From NCBI GenBank assembly GCA_964515375.1, contig CAZERF010000002.1, positions 93,164-157,163 on the forward strand: DNA of 64,000 bases, in the 5' to 3' direction. The stretch is from an uncultured Candidatus Saccharibacteria bacterium (lineage in GTDB: Bacteria; Patescibacteriota; Minisyncoccia; Phycocordibacterales; UBA6899). Below are positions 47,345 to 57,783 of this stretch, piece after piece. Position 1 is the stretch's first letter. Each line of letters opens with the position of its first letter. Position numbers and translations under genes: made by a program. Below the pieces are notes generated by a model. It ran no database searches, had not been told where the DNA came from, and saw only the letters and a list, made by a program, of their open reading frames with translations.

Positions 47345-47896
47345 ATGAACTATCTTGCAACTCTAAAAGATAAAGATGTCTTTCCCAACAAAACTTTCCC
47401 TGAAGTACTCGAGTGGTCGGAGCGTAAGACCGTGAAGGTCATTTTGAGAAACGAGAAAGGAGAGATCGCACTTGTGACCAATCCTATCCATAAATGCCAC
47501 CTCCTCCCCGGGGGAGGTGTCGATGAGGGTGAAGACATACTGCATGCTGGCGACCGAGAGTGTCGCGAAGAGGTGAAATATTCGATTGGCGTGGTGGAAG
47601 AAATCGGCGTTATTGAAGAGTATCATGCTCGGGATGGGAAGCATTACGAAACGCATGGGCTCATTGCGAATGCAAAAGATCACATTCCCGAAGACTTAAG
47701 GACGGAAGATGAAAAGAAGAACGAGCTTTCGGTCGAGTGGCATGCGCCAAAAGATGCTCTGGCACTGTTTGAGGCACAGAGAAAACGCCTCGAAGCGGGA
47801 GAGGTAGACTTTTACAATACTGGATTCAACATCATCAGAGACAAGCTATTTTTTGACCGCACAGTGGAAGCAGGACATATCATTCTCGGTTCATGA
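47345..47896 (+). CDS. NUDIX hydrolase
   Basis: LPGGGVDEGEDILHAGDRECREEVKYSIG is the Nudix box GX5EX7REUXEEXGU. Confidence 0.8.
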   Translation: MNYLATLKDKDVFPNKTFPEVLEWSERKTVKVILRNEKGEIALVTNPIHKCHLLPGGGVDEGEDILHAGDRECREEVKYSIGVVEEIGVIEEYHARDGKHYETHGLIANAKDHIPEDLRTEDEKKNELSVEWHAPKDALALFEAQRKRLEAGEVDFYNTGFNIIRDKLFFDRTVEAGHIILGS

Positions 47897-48108
47897 CCGG
47901 ATTGGTTCGAATCCCCTTACTCCACCCGATGCAGAGACCCAAGAAGTGACCTGGAAGAGTTGTTTTTTTTGGTAAGAAAATTTCTAAACCCCAGACTGGT
48001 TCTGTTCTGTGAATGCTATCTTTCCATCATTTACAAACGTGGCGAGGCACATACGCACACGCGAAGCAGCGAATGTGTTCTTTAATTTGGAACTGGTATA
48101 CTTAAAAG

Positions 48109-48585
48109 ATGAGAAAACGAACTACCTTTTTGGCCCTGCTATTTTTGTTGCTGATCTTTGCTGTATATTCTGCCTCACCGAGTGGTCGTTTGTGGATAAA
48201 GAATTTAGGACAAGAACGAACGGAATACAATTTTATTTATGCTTATGATTGGGAGTGGAACAATACGGGGAATTCTCCGTACAAGATAGAAGGTAATAAA
48301 ATTTTATATACATCATCTAGTACGCCTAATCCCTATCTCTTTAATGTTGCAAAAGAGGTAGGCAAGAGTATACCTGTTGACGCGATTCAAAGTCTCCGGA
48401 TTTCCGAGGATCTCGTTTCTCCTGATGGGTTTGTATTTATTCGTGAATATTTGCCCTGCGATCAAAATGGACAGTGCCCTCATATTTATTTACGGAATGT
48501 AGCTTCGGGAAATCAGCGAGAAATAGATTTACCCCCTATTGAGTTTATTGGCGGACCACACTTTGTAGGGTGGATTATTCCATAA
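48109..48585 (+). CDS. Secreted hypothetical protein (AT-rich)
   Basis: Signal peptide MRKRTTFLALLFLLLIFAVYSASP. 158 aa. Confidence 0.5.
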   Translation: MRKRTTFLALLFLLLIFAVYSASPSGRLWIKNLGQERTEYNFIYAYDWEWNNTGNSPYKIEGNKILYTSSSTPNPYLFNVAKEVGKSIPVDAIQSLRISEDLVSPDGFVFIREYLPCDQNGQCPHIYLRNVASGNQREIDLPPIEFIGGPHFVGWIIP

Positions 48586-48662
48586 TTATCGGGCACCGTT
48601 TCAGCCTCGTCCTGGCAGGTACCCCTGATGCAGAGACCTAAGAGGCAACCCGGAAGAGCTGA

Positions 48663-50654
48663 ATGCTCTTGAAAATCAACATGAAAAGAGAATATTATTC
48701 TGATTCGATTGCTAGTTTTTTAAGAACAGAATCAGATGTGATTCTTGGTATTTTGGTTAGAAATAATGATTTTAATCTAGAGCAGACACAGCGAGATTCA
48801 TGGCTCGAGGAAATAGTGATTCTCAAGAAAGCACTCGAGTGTTTTGAGGGCTCAATATATTTTGAATATTCTATCCCAAGAATGGGGAAACGAATTGATG
48901 TTGTATTGATTGTTGGAACAGCCGTATTTGTTCTCGAGTTTAAAATTGGAGAAAAGGAATATACATCGTACGCGATAGATCAGGTTTGGGATTATGCTCT
49001 CGACTTAAAAAACTTTCATAGTTCAAGCCATAAGCACTATATTGCTCCAATACTTATTGCTACAAACGCAAAATCAACTATACAAATCCCCGTTCTAACT
49101 CCTCAAAATGACAAGGTCTTGTTTCCAATAAAGACAAACGCAGATGGAATAAAAAATTCCATAGATAATGTGCTTGCTTTTTTAGATGGCGAGAACATAA
49201 AAAATGAGGAATGGGAAAAGGGTAGGTATTGTCCAACCCCCACAATCGTGGAGGCAGCAATGGCACTTTATCGTGGTCACTCGGTTGAAAATATTTCTCG
49301 AAGCGATGCTGGGGCAATAAATCTGACACAAACATCAAAAGTTGTATCGGAAATAATCGAGTTGTCAAAACAAACTCACAAAAAATCAATTTGTTTTGTG
49401 ACTGGAGTTCCAGGTGCAGGAAAAACATTAGTTGGGCTTAATATTGCGAATAAGCATATTGATAAAGACAATGATTTATATAGTGTATTTCTTTCTGGAA
49501 ACGGACCACTTGTTGCTATATTGCGAGAGGCACTCACGCGCGACAAAGTTGCTCATGAAAAAGAAAAGGGAAACAAAATTACCAAAGGTGAGGCAATGCG
49601 TGATGTAAAGTTGTTTATTCAGAATGTTCACAATTTTCGTGATGAGTGCCTTAACGATGAAAAGCCACCGCTTGAACACGTTGCACTTTTTGACGAAGCA
49701 CAGCGAGCTTGGAACATAGAGCAGACAGCAAACTTTATGTTAAGAAAAAGGCATAGACCAGGGTTTAGTCAATCAGAACCAGAATTCTTGATCTCTTGCC
49801 TGGATAGACATAATGATTGGGCTGCCGTGGTTTGTCTTGTTGGTGGGGGCCAAGAGATAAATACGGGTGAGGCGGGGATCGGTGAATGGATAGAATGTCT
49901 AAATCGTTCGTTCCCTGATTGGAATATTTATATATCATCCCGTCTCACCGACAGTGAGTATGGAGCGGGAAGGGTTTTAGGAGAAATTGCATCTCGCAAA
50001 AATGTTTTTACAAGGGATGAATTGCATCTATCCGTATCAATGCGCTCGTTTCGAGCAGAACATGTTTCTTTGTTGGTAAAACAGATTTTGGACATGGATG
50101 TCACAGGGGCGAAAAGTACCCTGAAAAAAGTTGAGGCGAGGTATCCCATAGTAATTACTCGAGATGTTTCTAAGGCAAAAGAGTGGCTCAAGAACCAGGC
50201 ACGAGGCTCAGAGCGATATGGAATGATGGTGTCGTCGCAAGCAGAAAGATTAAAGCCTTATGCGATATTTGTAAAATCAACAACAGACCCAATCCATTTG
50301 TTTTTGGATGAAAAAGATGACGTTCGGTCATCGTACTATCTTGAAGATGTTGCTACTGAGTTTGATATACAAGGCCTCGAGTTAGACTGGTCGTGCGTTG
50401 TTTGGGATGCTGATTTTAGATACACAAAAGATGGATGGGAGCATCGCTCATTTGTGGGTAGTAAATGGAACAAAATAAATAAGGTTGAGCGACAAATGTA
50501 CCTCAAGAACGCTTATCGTGTTTTACTTACGCGCGCCAGGCAGGGAATGGTAATAGTTGTACCGCTGGGTGACAAGGAAGATTCGACACGCAACCCAGAC
50601 TTCTATGATCCGACATTTCGGTATCTCAAGGAAATTGGACTAACGGAAATATAA
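48663..50654 (+). CDS. DUF2075-like P-loop NTPase / helicase-like protein with an N-terminal nuclease-like domain (defence-associated family). AT-rich.
   Basis: Walker [16 protein letters not shown]-terminal [26 protein letters not shown] looks like a PD-(D/E)xK-like core. 663 aa. The true start may be the ATG at 48681, because the conserved motif overlaps 48663. Confidence 0.6.
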   Translation: MLLKINMKREYYSDSIASFLRTESDVILGILVRNNDFNLEQTQRDSWLEEIVILKKALECFEGSIYFEYSIPRMGKRIDVVLIVGTAVFVLEFKIGEKEYTSYAIDQVWDYALDLKNFHSSSHKHYIAPILIATNAKSTIQIPVLTPQNDKVLFPIKTNADGIKNSIDNVLAFLDGENIKNEEWEKGRYCPTPTIVEAAMALYRGHSVENISRSDAGAINLTQTSKVVSEIIELSKQTHKKSICFVTGVPGAGKTLVGLNIANKHIDKDNDLYSVFLSGNGPLVAILREALTRDKVAHEKEKGNKITKGEAMRDVKLFIQNVHNFRDECLNDEKPPLEHVALFDEAQRAWNIEQTANFMLRKRHRPGFSQSEPEFLISCLDRHNDWAAVVCLVGGGQEINTGEAGIGEWIECLNRSFPDWNIYISSRLTDSEYGAGRVLGEIASRKNVFTRDELHLSVSMRSFRAEHVSLLVKQILDMDVTGAKSTLKKVEARYPIVITRDVSKAKEWLKNQARGSERYGMMVSSQAERLKPYAIFVKSTTDPIHLFLDEKDDVRSSYYLEDVATEFDIQGLELDWSCVVWDADFRYTKDGWEHRSFVGSKWNKINKVERQMYLKNAYRVLLTRARQGMVIVVPLGDKEDSTRNPDFYDPTFRYLKEIGLTEI

Positions 50655-50835
50655 CAATGCAACGAAACTTAACACCGACCGAGAAGCCCTTCTGTTTACG
50701 ATAAGCAGGAGCGCAAAGAACCTTTTCGAGCCGATTATATTCCTCCAATAGCGAAGGATATGCTTTTTCTATTGGAACGAACTATTCATTGTGACCGGTG
50801 GTCGTGGTGGTTGAGCGTACCAGATCACAAAAAAA

Positions 50836-50866
50836 AGACCGCTAGAGCGGTCTTTTTTATGGCATT
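50836..50866. terminator. Bidirectional intrinsic terminator between the DUF2075 gene (+) and hcp (-)
   Basis: aaaaaaaagaccgctagagcggtcttttttat. Confidence 0.7.
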
Positions 50867-50873
50867 TGTTCTC

Positions 50874-51410
50874 TTAGCTAAAGAGTCCCTTCATGAAGTC
50901 GAGGACCGCACGGACGGCCTTCTCTCCTGTCGAGCTCGACGTGTACTCGACGGTCATCTTTGTGAAGTTGAGTGAAACACTCTCGGTCGGTTCGTCCCCA
51001 CCCGCGGAGACCTCATAGCTCGTGCAACGTACACCCTCGAGTTTGTATGTAAGGTATTGTTCCGCACGATCTCCACTCGTTCGGCGCATTGTGATCACGG
51101 CGTCCTTGATGTGCTCTCCCGAAGCGCAGCGCTTCATGAGGAGAGGGGAGGACTTGTCGTATCGTTTGGTAAAGGAAAGGTCCTGCACATTGACCTTCCC
51201 GGCCCCGCCTCCGCTTCCGGTCGACATGGAGCTCGAATTGCTCATGCCCCAGCTCCACGAGGAGATCTCGATCTCGCCTTTGTGTTGTTCGTGAGTAGAT
51301 TCGCCCTCCACTCCGTTCATCTTGAGGAAATAATCCGATGCCGCGAGTGCAAACATCGGCGTTGCGAATAATGCCGCTCCGGAGAGCGCTGCAATGATAG
51401 CGTTGCGCAT
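50874..51410 (-). CDS. hcp: Hcp family protein (type VI secretion tube protein fold) carrying an N-terminal Sec signal peptide
   Basis: EISSWSWGMSNSSSMSTGSGGGAGKVNVQDLSFTKRYDKSSPLLMKRCASG aligns closely with the canonical Hcp1 core AWSWGMSQSGSMHMGGGGGAGKVNVQDLSFTKYIDKSTPNLM. Preceded by MRNAIIAALSGAALFATPMFALAAS. Confidence 0.8.
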   Translation of the reverse strand: MRNAIIAALSGAALFATPMFALAASDYFLKMNGVEGESTHEQHKGEIEISSWSWGMSNSSSMSTGSGGGAGKVNVQDLSFTKRYDKSSPLLMKRCASGEHIKDAVITMRRTSGDRAEQYLTYKLEGVRCTSYEVSAGGDEPTESVSLNFTKMTVEYTSSSTGEKAVRAVLDFMKGLFS

Positions 51411-51561
51411 ATGATGATCTTCTAGAGATTCTAAATAATGAAAAACTTCGCGCGCCGAGCATGGCCCAGCCGTATATTCAGTATAGAACTGCCGAAAGTG
51501 GTGTCAATGTGGAATTTTTCATTGGTATTCCTTGTCTTCTGGGAATGGTATACTGACCCAT

Positions 51562-52287
51562 ATGCTCAATGTCACCCAACTTACCAAAACATTTGGAGCA
51601 AAGATCGCCGCGAGCGACGTTTCTTTCACGATCGCGCCGGGCGAGATCTTTGCGCTTATCGGCCCTAATAGCTCGGGAAAGACGACCATCGTGAAGTCGA
51701 TCCTCGGGATGCTTGCGTTTGAGAAAGGAACGATCACTGTCGACAATATCGACGTGGCCAAGAACCCTGTCGGAGCAAAGGCGCGAATCGGATATATTCC
51801 GGACGAACCTGTCGTGTGGAGCGGAATGACCGGGGAAGAATTCTTGCATTTCGTCAGTGCGCTTTATGATGTTTCACCGGCGACACGCGCCGAACGCATC
51901 GCGCGTATACTCCCCATCTTTCGTCTCGAAGGTATCGAAAAGGAATATTTTACCGCATACTCACGCGGTAATAAACAAAAATTCAGTATCCTTTCGGCGC
52001 TTGTCCATGAACCGAAACTTCTTCTTATTGACGAGCCGATCGTCGGACTTGACCCGGAAAGCGCGGCGATCGCGAAGGGCGAGTTTGTGCGCTTTGCGAA
52101 GGATGGAGGTGCTGTACTCCTCGTTACACACACGCTCTCCGTTGCAGAGGAGATCGCACATCGTATCGGTGTGCTCAAAGAAGGAAAACTTCTCGCGGTC
52201 GGAACATTCGCGGAGCTGCGCGATCTCGCCGGTCTTGGCACCAGCGCATCGCTTGAGGAGGTTTATACGCGTCTCACTACACGTTGA
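51562..52287 (+). CDS. ABC transporter ATP-binding protein
   Basis: Walker A GPNSSGKTT, ABC signature YSRGNKQKFSI and Walker B LLLIDEP. Confidence 0.85.
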   Translation: MLNVTQLTKTFGAKIAASDVSFTIAPGEIFALIGPNSSGKTTIVKSILGMLAFEKGTITVDNIDVAKNPVGAKARIGYIPDEPVVWSGMTGEEFLHFVSALYDVSPATRAERIARILPIFRLEGIEKEYFTAYSRGNKQKFSILSALVHEPKLLLIDEPIVGLDPESAAIAKGEFVRFAKDGGAVLLVTHTLSVAEEIAHRIGVLKEGKLLAVGTFAELRDLAGLGTSASLEEVYTRLTTR

Positions 52288-53936
52288 TCATGTTCTTTCG
52301 TGAATTTCTTTCATTTCGCGCGCGGGCGCTTCGACGCTCTTTTGCGGAGAACCGCACGGCGAAGATCCTCACGATCTTGGGGTTCGTCGGGGCGCTCGGC
52401 GTGCTGATGCGTATTGTCTACGAACTCTTTTGGTACGGTTTTCGCTATCTTGCCAAGGATCCGTTCTTCGGTGACGCGCTCACGCTCTATATCGTGGAGC
52501 TCTTTCTTCTTGTCTCCTTTGGTCTTGTGCTTCTTTCCGCGCTCGCAAGCGGTGCGTTCACGCTCTTTCGTGCTCCAGATGACGCGCTCATCATGGCTTC
52601 GCCCCATCACGCTTCTCGTGTCGGAATGGTGGCGGGACGTATGGTCCTCTCGTCGCTCTGGCCTTTGCTTGTAGTGATCATTCCCGCTCTGCTTGCGCTC
52701 GATCGCGTCTTCGGGATCTCGCTTGTTGGCTCTTTTCTTGCGCTCGCATCGGTCACGCTTCTCGTTGCGCTTGCGGTTGTCCTCGCGATTTTGTCGCTCT
52801 TTGTGGTCGGGATCTTGCTCGCGCGTATAGGACTCTTTTCATCACGTCGCGTTGCGTTCGCCACAGGGGGGCTCTTTGCCATCGCATCGCTTTTTGCGTG
52901 GGCACGGTTTCGCGCGCTTGACCTTGTGCAATTCTTTCAGGCGAGAATGATCGACCTTGCCGTTCCTGACCTTTCCCCGATCATACTCCAGTTTCGTGTC
53001 TTCCCTTCACATTTCACTGCGCAAACGATCATTGCGTCGATCGCTGAAGATCTTCCCGGCGCGCTCCTCCCGCTCTGCTTTCTCGCGCTCCTCTTCCTTG
53101 TGGCGTTTGTCGCGCTTACCCTCCTTCGTTCGCACTATCTGTCACTCTGGCAAAGAGGGGAGGAACGCAACTCGAACACTCGTTTTGCTTCGTTGCCCTT
53201 CGCGTCACTCATCCCCCTTGCACGCTCCGCTCGAGGCGCGCTCCTCAAGAAGGAAGTTGTCGCGTTCATTCGCAATACGCGCGGGATGTTGTGGTTCTGG
53301 TTCATTCTCTTTATTTGGCTCCTCCAGGTCGGGGCGAGTCGTGTCATGATCGCGGGCATTTCGAGTGAACCGGTCGCTGCGGGCGACATGCCTGCGATCG
53401 TCGGGGTGCTCCAGTTCATTTCCGTGCTCTACTTTGTCACAATGTTCGTTTTGCGTTTCGTCTTCCCGTCCTTCTCCGCGGAGCGTTCGACGTCCTGGAT
53501 CGCCGCAATGTCGCCGGTCGCCTTGCGCGAGATCTTTGTCGCGAAACTGGTCTTCTTTGGGGGCATCTTCACCTCCTTCGCGCTTTTCTTTGCACTCGTG
53601 AATGTGTGGGCGCTTGGACTTCCGCTCGAGGCTGATCTTCCTGTGCTCGCAATGATGATCATCGGAACACTCTTGATCACGACATTTGGACTGGCATTGT
53701 CGGCGATGTTTCCGAATACGGAGACTGATGATCCTGAACGCTTGAGCACAACACTTCCTGGTATCGGCTTCATGCTTGGCGCTCTTGTGCTGATCGGTGT
53801 CGGCGCCTTCTCTGTCCATCAGTATGTATCCGCCGTAAGTCCGCTCCCATACATCGCATTCCTCTTTGGAGGCATCGTTGCAATTCTTCTTTTGGTAGCA
53901 CGCGCGCGCGAGGCGCTTGATCGACCGATCATCTAG
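52284..53936 (+). CDS. ABC transporter permease (multi-TM, ABC-2/exporter type)
   Basis: 550 aa with at least 10 hydrophobic helices. Overlaps the ATPase stop by 4 nt. Confidence 0.7.
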   Translation: MIMFFREFLSFRARALRRSFAENRTAKILTILGFVGALGVLMRIVYELFWYGFRYLAKDPFFGDALTLYIVELFLLVSFGLVLLSALASGAFTLFRAPDDALIMASPHHASRVGMVAGRMVLSSLWPLLVVIIPALLALDRVFGISLVGSFLALASVTLLVALAVVLAILSLFVVGILLARIGLFSSRRVAFATGGLFAIASLFAWARFRALDLVQFFQARMIDLAVPDLSPIILQFRVFPSHFTAQTIIASIAEDLPGALLPLCFLALLFLVAFVALTLLRSHYLSLWQRGEERNSNTRFASLPFASLIPLARSARGALLKKEVVAFIRNTRGMLWFWFILFIWLLQVGASRVMIAGISSEPVAAGDMPAIVGVLQFISVLYFVTMFVLRFVFPSFSAERSTSWIAAMSPVALREIFVAKLVFFGGIFTSFALFFALVNVWALGLPLEADLPVLAMMIIGTLLITTFGLALSAMFPNTETDDPERLSTTLPGIGFMLGALVLIGVGAFSVHQYVSAVSPLPYIAFLFGGIVAILLLVARAREALDRPII

Positions 53937-53964
53937 TCCATTATTCTTTCATTCGTTCAATACC

Positions 53965-54771
53965 ATGAAAAAAGATATTGTGCTTGTTGGTTCATTTGGC
54001 GCATTGCTCATTGTTGCCGTTCTTGTTGCGGTATCGTGGGGTGGCTCGAATGCGCGCCCCGTTCCCCTCGCTCCTCTCGAGGAAGATCCGGCGCAAGCCC
54101 CCGGTGAGGTTATCGTGGACGACGGAAAGATGAGTCTTCCGCTCAGTAAGAGCGGTACTCTTGAGGGTATTACCCTCACCCCGATCTTGATCGAAGAAGA
54201 TAGTCGCTGTCCTTTGGGAGTGAATTGTATTCAGGCCGGAATCGTTCGCGTGCGCACTGTCGTCGAAGGCGCCTCAGGAGCGTATGAACATGTGTTTATG
54301 CTTGGTGAGCCGTTCATTGTGGAGGGCAGGGCGATCACACTGCTTGAAGTATCTCCCGAACCTCTCCCGGATAAGGGGATGATATTGAATGAGTATCGCT
54401 TTGTGTTTGGTGTCGAGTCACGCGCACTTTCGTATGAGAATGCGTCGGAGGACCTCATCAGGGTCTCGACTCCTACACCGGGCGCGGTGACCGGCAAGGA
54501 ATTTCTTGTGAAGGGTGAAGCGCGCGGAACGTGGTTCTTTGAAGCGTCGTTTCCCATCGAAGTGCTTGATCAGAACGGAGCGAGGATCGCGATCGCGATC
54601 GCGCAGGCGGAAGGGGATTGGATGACGACGGAGTTCGTGCCTTTTTCCGCGACAGTGCGCGTCCCTGAAACATATATTGGTCCCGCGATCATCGTTTTGC
54701 GCAAGGACAATCCTTCCGGACTTCCCGAACACGACGCCTCAGCATCCTCTCCGATCACGATCGAATACTAA
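53965..54771 (+). CDS. Gmad2 immunoglobulin-like domain protein (secreted, membrane-anchored)
   Basis: The C-terminal stretch VKGEARGTWFFEASFPIEVLDQNGARIAIAIAQAEGDWMTTEFVPFSATV matches the Gmad2/GerMN-type Ig-like domain. N-terminal TM anchor. A terminator follows at 54792-54818. Confidence 0.65.
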   Translation: MKKDIVLVGSFGALLIVAVLVAVSWGGSNARPVPLAPLEEDPAQAPGEVIVDDGKMSLPLSKSGTLEGITLTPILIEEDSRCPLGVNCIQAGIVRVRTVVEGASGAYEHVFMLGEPFIVEGRAITLLEVSPEPLPDKGMILNEYRFVFGVESRALSYENASEDLIRVSTPTPGAVTGKEFLVKGEARGTWFFEASFPIEVLDQNGARIAIAIAQAEGDWMTTEFVPFSATVRVPETYIGPAIIVLRKDNPSGLPEHDASASSPITIEY

Positions 54772-54893
54772 GACAACATTGGGCTCGCAAAAACACCCGC
54801 AGTCGCGGGTGTTTTTTTGTTCGAGCTTGTCACATAACCCATGATCCACTGCAATTTTATAGTTTCGTGAGGATCATGTTGTTGAACAGAATC

Positions 54894-55853
54894 TTAGAGC
54901 GTCTCGCGGGTGAGAAGGAGAATGAGGTAGAGTACATAGAGCGCGACCATGATCCCTCCTTGCCAGCGTTCGAGTTCAAAGCGTTTGCCGATGAACATGA
55001 TCGCGAAGAGAAGCGCCCCGGAGAGAAGGAGCATTCCTTCGTCCAAGAAGGATACCGTTCCGATGGGGATCGGTGCGATCAGTGCGGAGATTCCGAGCAC
55101 AAAGAAGACGTTGAATATATTCGATCCAATGATATTGCCGACCGCAATGTTGGCATTGCCACGATACGCTGCGACGCTTGAGGTGATGAGTTCGGGGAGC
55201 GACGTACCGATCGCGACAATAGTGAGACCAATGACGGTCTCGGAAAGTCCGAAGAGTTGCGCGACGTCAACTGCGCCACTGACAACAAGTTTGCCTCCGA
55301 GCACAAGCCCGACAAGTCCAAGGATGATCTCGATGATCGTTCTATTGAGCGGAAGTGTGTCGGAGAGCTCTCCTTCGGGAAATCCTGTTGTTTTGATCAT
55401 GGAAAAAACATACGAAAGAAAGATCGCAAAGAAGCAGAGCAGAACGATTCCGTCGACGCGATCGAGCATCGAGAATTCGTGACCGGAAAGTAGACGATCG
55501 CTCACCATTGCACTGAGCACTACACCAGCAAGAAATCCCATGGGAATCTCTTTCCAGACTGTTTGATGGGTGACCATGAGTGGTCGTATCATTGCGGAGA
55601 TTCCAAGGATGAGAAAGATGTTTGCGATATTCGATCCGACGATGTTGCCGAGGACGATCCCGGTATTGCCGGAGAATGAACCAAACACATTGACGGTGAG
55701 TTCCGGAAGAGAGGTTCCAAAGGCAACGACCGTGAGTCCGATCGCCATGTCGGAGATCTTGAGGCGTTTTCCAAGTGATGTCGCGCCGCGAATGAGCTTG
55801 TCCGCACCTTGAATGAGGAGGTAGAAACCTCCGATAATGAAAATGAATGGCAT
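54894..55853 (-). CDS. Ca2+/cation antiporter (CaCA family, YrbG-like)
   Basis: Two internal repeats, each with the GTSLPEL alpha-repeat motif. 319 aa and about 10 TM helices. Confidence 0.85.
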   Translation of the reverse strand: MPFIFIIGGFYLLIQGADKLIRGATSLGKRLKISDMAIGLTVVAFGTSLPELTVNVFGSFSGNTGIVLGNIVGSNIANIFLILGISAMIRPLMVTHQTVWKEIPMGFLAGVVLSAMVSDRLLSGHEFSMLDRVDGIVLLCFFAIFLSYVFSMIKTTGFPEGELSDTLPLNRTIIEIILGLVGLVLGGKLVVSGAVDVAQLFGLSETVIGLTIVAIGTSLPELITSSVAAYRGNANIAVGNIIGSNIFNVFFVLGISALIAPIPIGTVSFLDEGMLLLSGALLFAIMFIGKRFELERWQGGIMVALYVLYLILLLTRETL

Positions 55854-56011
55854 ACAGGGTTGAGTGTAGCATTTTTTACCCCTACTGCACGAGGTGTTTG
55901 AACAGGTCGGGAAGTGATGGACAAATATTCTATTTTGATGTATAATGTATATATAGATCGTTCTTCGTGTTTTTTACTCCTCCTCTTTGTATTTTTAATA
56001 ATTTCACTACC

Positions 56012-57127
56012 ATGCGTATGTTTTCACGCTTTTTGTTCGCGTTTCTTGCGACATTCATGTTTGTTGCGGCTCCCGCGTTCGCGCAGGTCGCCGAACCTGT
56101 GCCGCTTTTGGTATCCGTCACGGCGGATACCTCCTTCACTCGTTCGTATACATGGTCGATCGTGAAGGTGGTCACCCCTACCGCGCTCACTCTTTCTGTC
56201 GGCGAGACATGAGATGTTGAGTACGTTGTCACTGTTGACCGGGAGGACCAGGCGGAGACTTTGTTTGCAGTGAGCGGCACGGTGACGATCGTGAATCCAA
56301 ATCCGGTCGCGGCAAACGTAACCGCGATCACACTCACTCAGGGCACTCTTGTTTGCCCTGGGGAATTTTCGGACGGAACCGGATCTCTCGAACCGCAGGG
56401 AACGCTTGTGTGTACCTACACCGCAACCTTTTCTGACGCGACAACACAAACGATCCTTGCGAGCGTAATGACTCGTGGCGATATTACCGGAGCGAGCGGG
56501 TCGGCTACTGCCGTCTTTGGTCTACCGACAACGATCCGCAATGGGTCGGTTGCGGTCACCGATTCTCTCAAGGGTTTTTTGGGAACTGTTTCTGATGATC
56601 ATTCCTTCACGTATACATCTCAGGTCGGACCATATTTGTCCGCGGGAACATACCCGATCGACAACGTCGCGACATATACGACGAACACGAATGAGAAGAA
56701 GGGAAGCGCTTCCGCTCGCGTGACGGTGACGGTCGTCGCTCCCTCGGGACCGGGTTGCACGCTGACACAAGGGTACTGGAAGAATCATCTCACTCATTCC
56801 GCATGGAGTATGATCGGTCTTTCTCCGGCGTTCTATCAAAGCGGGCAGACCTCTCATGAAGTCATGCGCCCGCAAGGAAAGCAGGAGAGTGCGTACTACC
56901 AGCTTGCGCGGCAATACGTCGCCGCGCGATTGAATGAGGCGAGTGGCGCGGACGTGAGTGCTGTCGGCGGGACACTTGCCGATGCGCATGCGCTCTTCTC
57001 GCTCTATTCTCCGGCCACCTTTGTGAACAAAAAGGGAAGCGATCCGATTCGCGCGGAGTTTGTCACGCTTGCCGGCATCCTCGCATCGTGGAATGAAGGG
57101 GTGACCGGTCCCGGACACTGCGACTAA
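56012..57127 (+). pseudogene. Secreted protein gene interrupted by a single in-frame TGA at 56210-56212. It is a pseudogene, a recoded stop or a sequence error.
   Basis: Track ORFs 55967-56212 and 56261-57127 are in the same frame. The 48 nt between them are open in that frame. Signal peptide MRMFSRFLFAFLATFMFVAAPAFA. A terminator follows at 57146-57178. Confidence 0.6.
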
Positions 57128-57188
57128 TCGGTCCTTGTGCGCAAAAAACACACTCCCGTGGTGGAGTGTGTTTTTTTTGTGCTGAATT

Positions 57189-57560
57189 TTAGAGTGTGAA
57201 GTAGAGTGCGTAGGCCTCTTCGTCCGTGCTTGCGTGAGGAAGTTCGTCCGAAACACCTTCACCCCAGATGATCCCCTTGTCGGTGACCCACCAGTAGGCG
57301 TCTCCGATCGCGAATTTCCAAATGCGAATACCTTCATACGCGTTGCGTGTGAGCGAAAGCGTGTTGCCGTCTTCGAGAGAGAATTCCGATGCGGTCGCAG
57401 GGTCTTCTTCTGTCATGAGCGGGGCGGGGTGTTGCACACTCCGGATATTCTCATTCGTGAACTCGGTCGCAGCATACGCTGTCCCAGAGAGAAGGGAGCA
57501 GAACGCAAGTGTTGAACAAAATACCCCGAAGTGTCGGATGTGTTTTTGAAAATGGTCCAT
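57189..57560 (-). CDS. Small secreted hypothetical protein
   Basis: Signal peptide MDHFQKHIRHFGVFCSTLAFCSLLSGTAYA. The start was moved to the ATG at 57560. Confidence 0.5.
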   Translation of the reverse strand: MDHFQKHIRHFGVFCSTLAFCSLLSGTAYAATEFTNENIRSVQHPAPLMTEEDPATASEFSLEDGNTLSLTRNAYEGIRIWKFAIGDAYWWVTDKGIIWGEGVSDELPHASTDEEAYALYFTL

Positions 57561-57783
57561 GTTAACTATTTTTTGATAAAAGAGGAACAAGTGTTGTTTG
57601 TTCCGAGAAAAGAGGGACTTATTGCGGCCCCGTTGAGAGCATTGCTTTTCTTGTTCTACTCTTGTTTCACCGAAAGTCAAACAACGAAAACGCTTGCGTT
57701 GCGCTCTCTTTTTGGGCGAGATATAGTGAATGATAGTACTGCTCTCCCGTGTTTGGTTTGTTCTACTCGCTAACTATTTTCCT

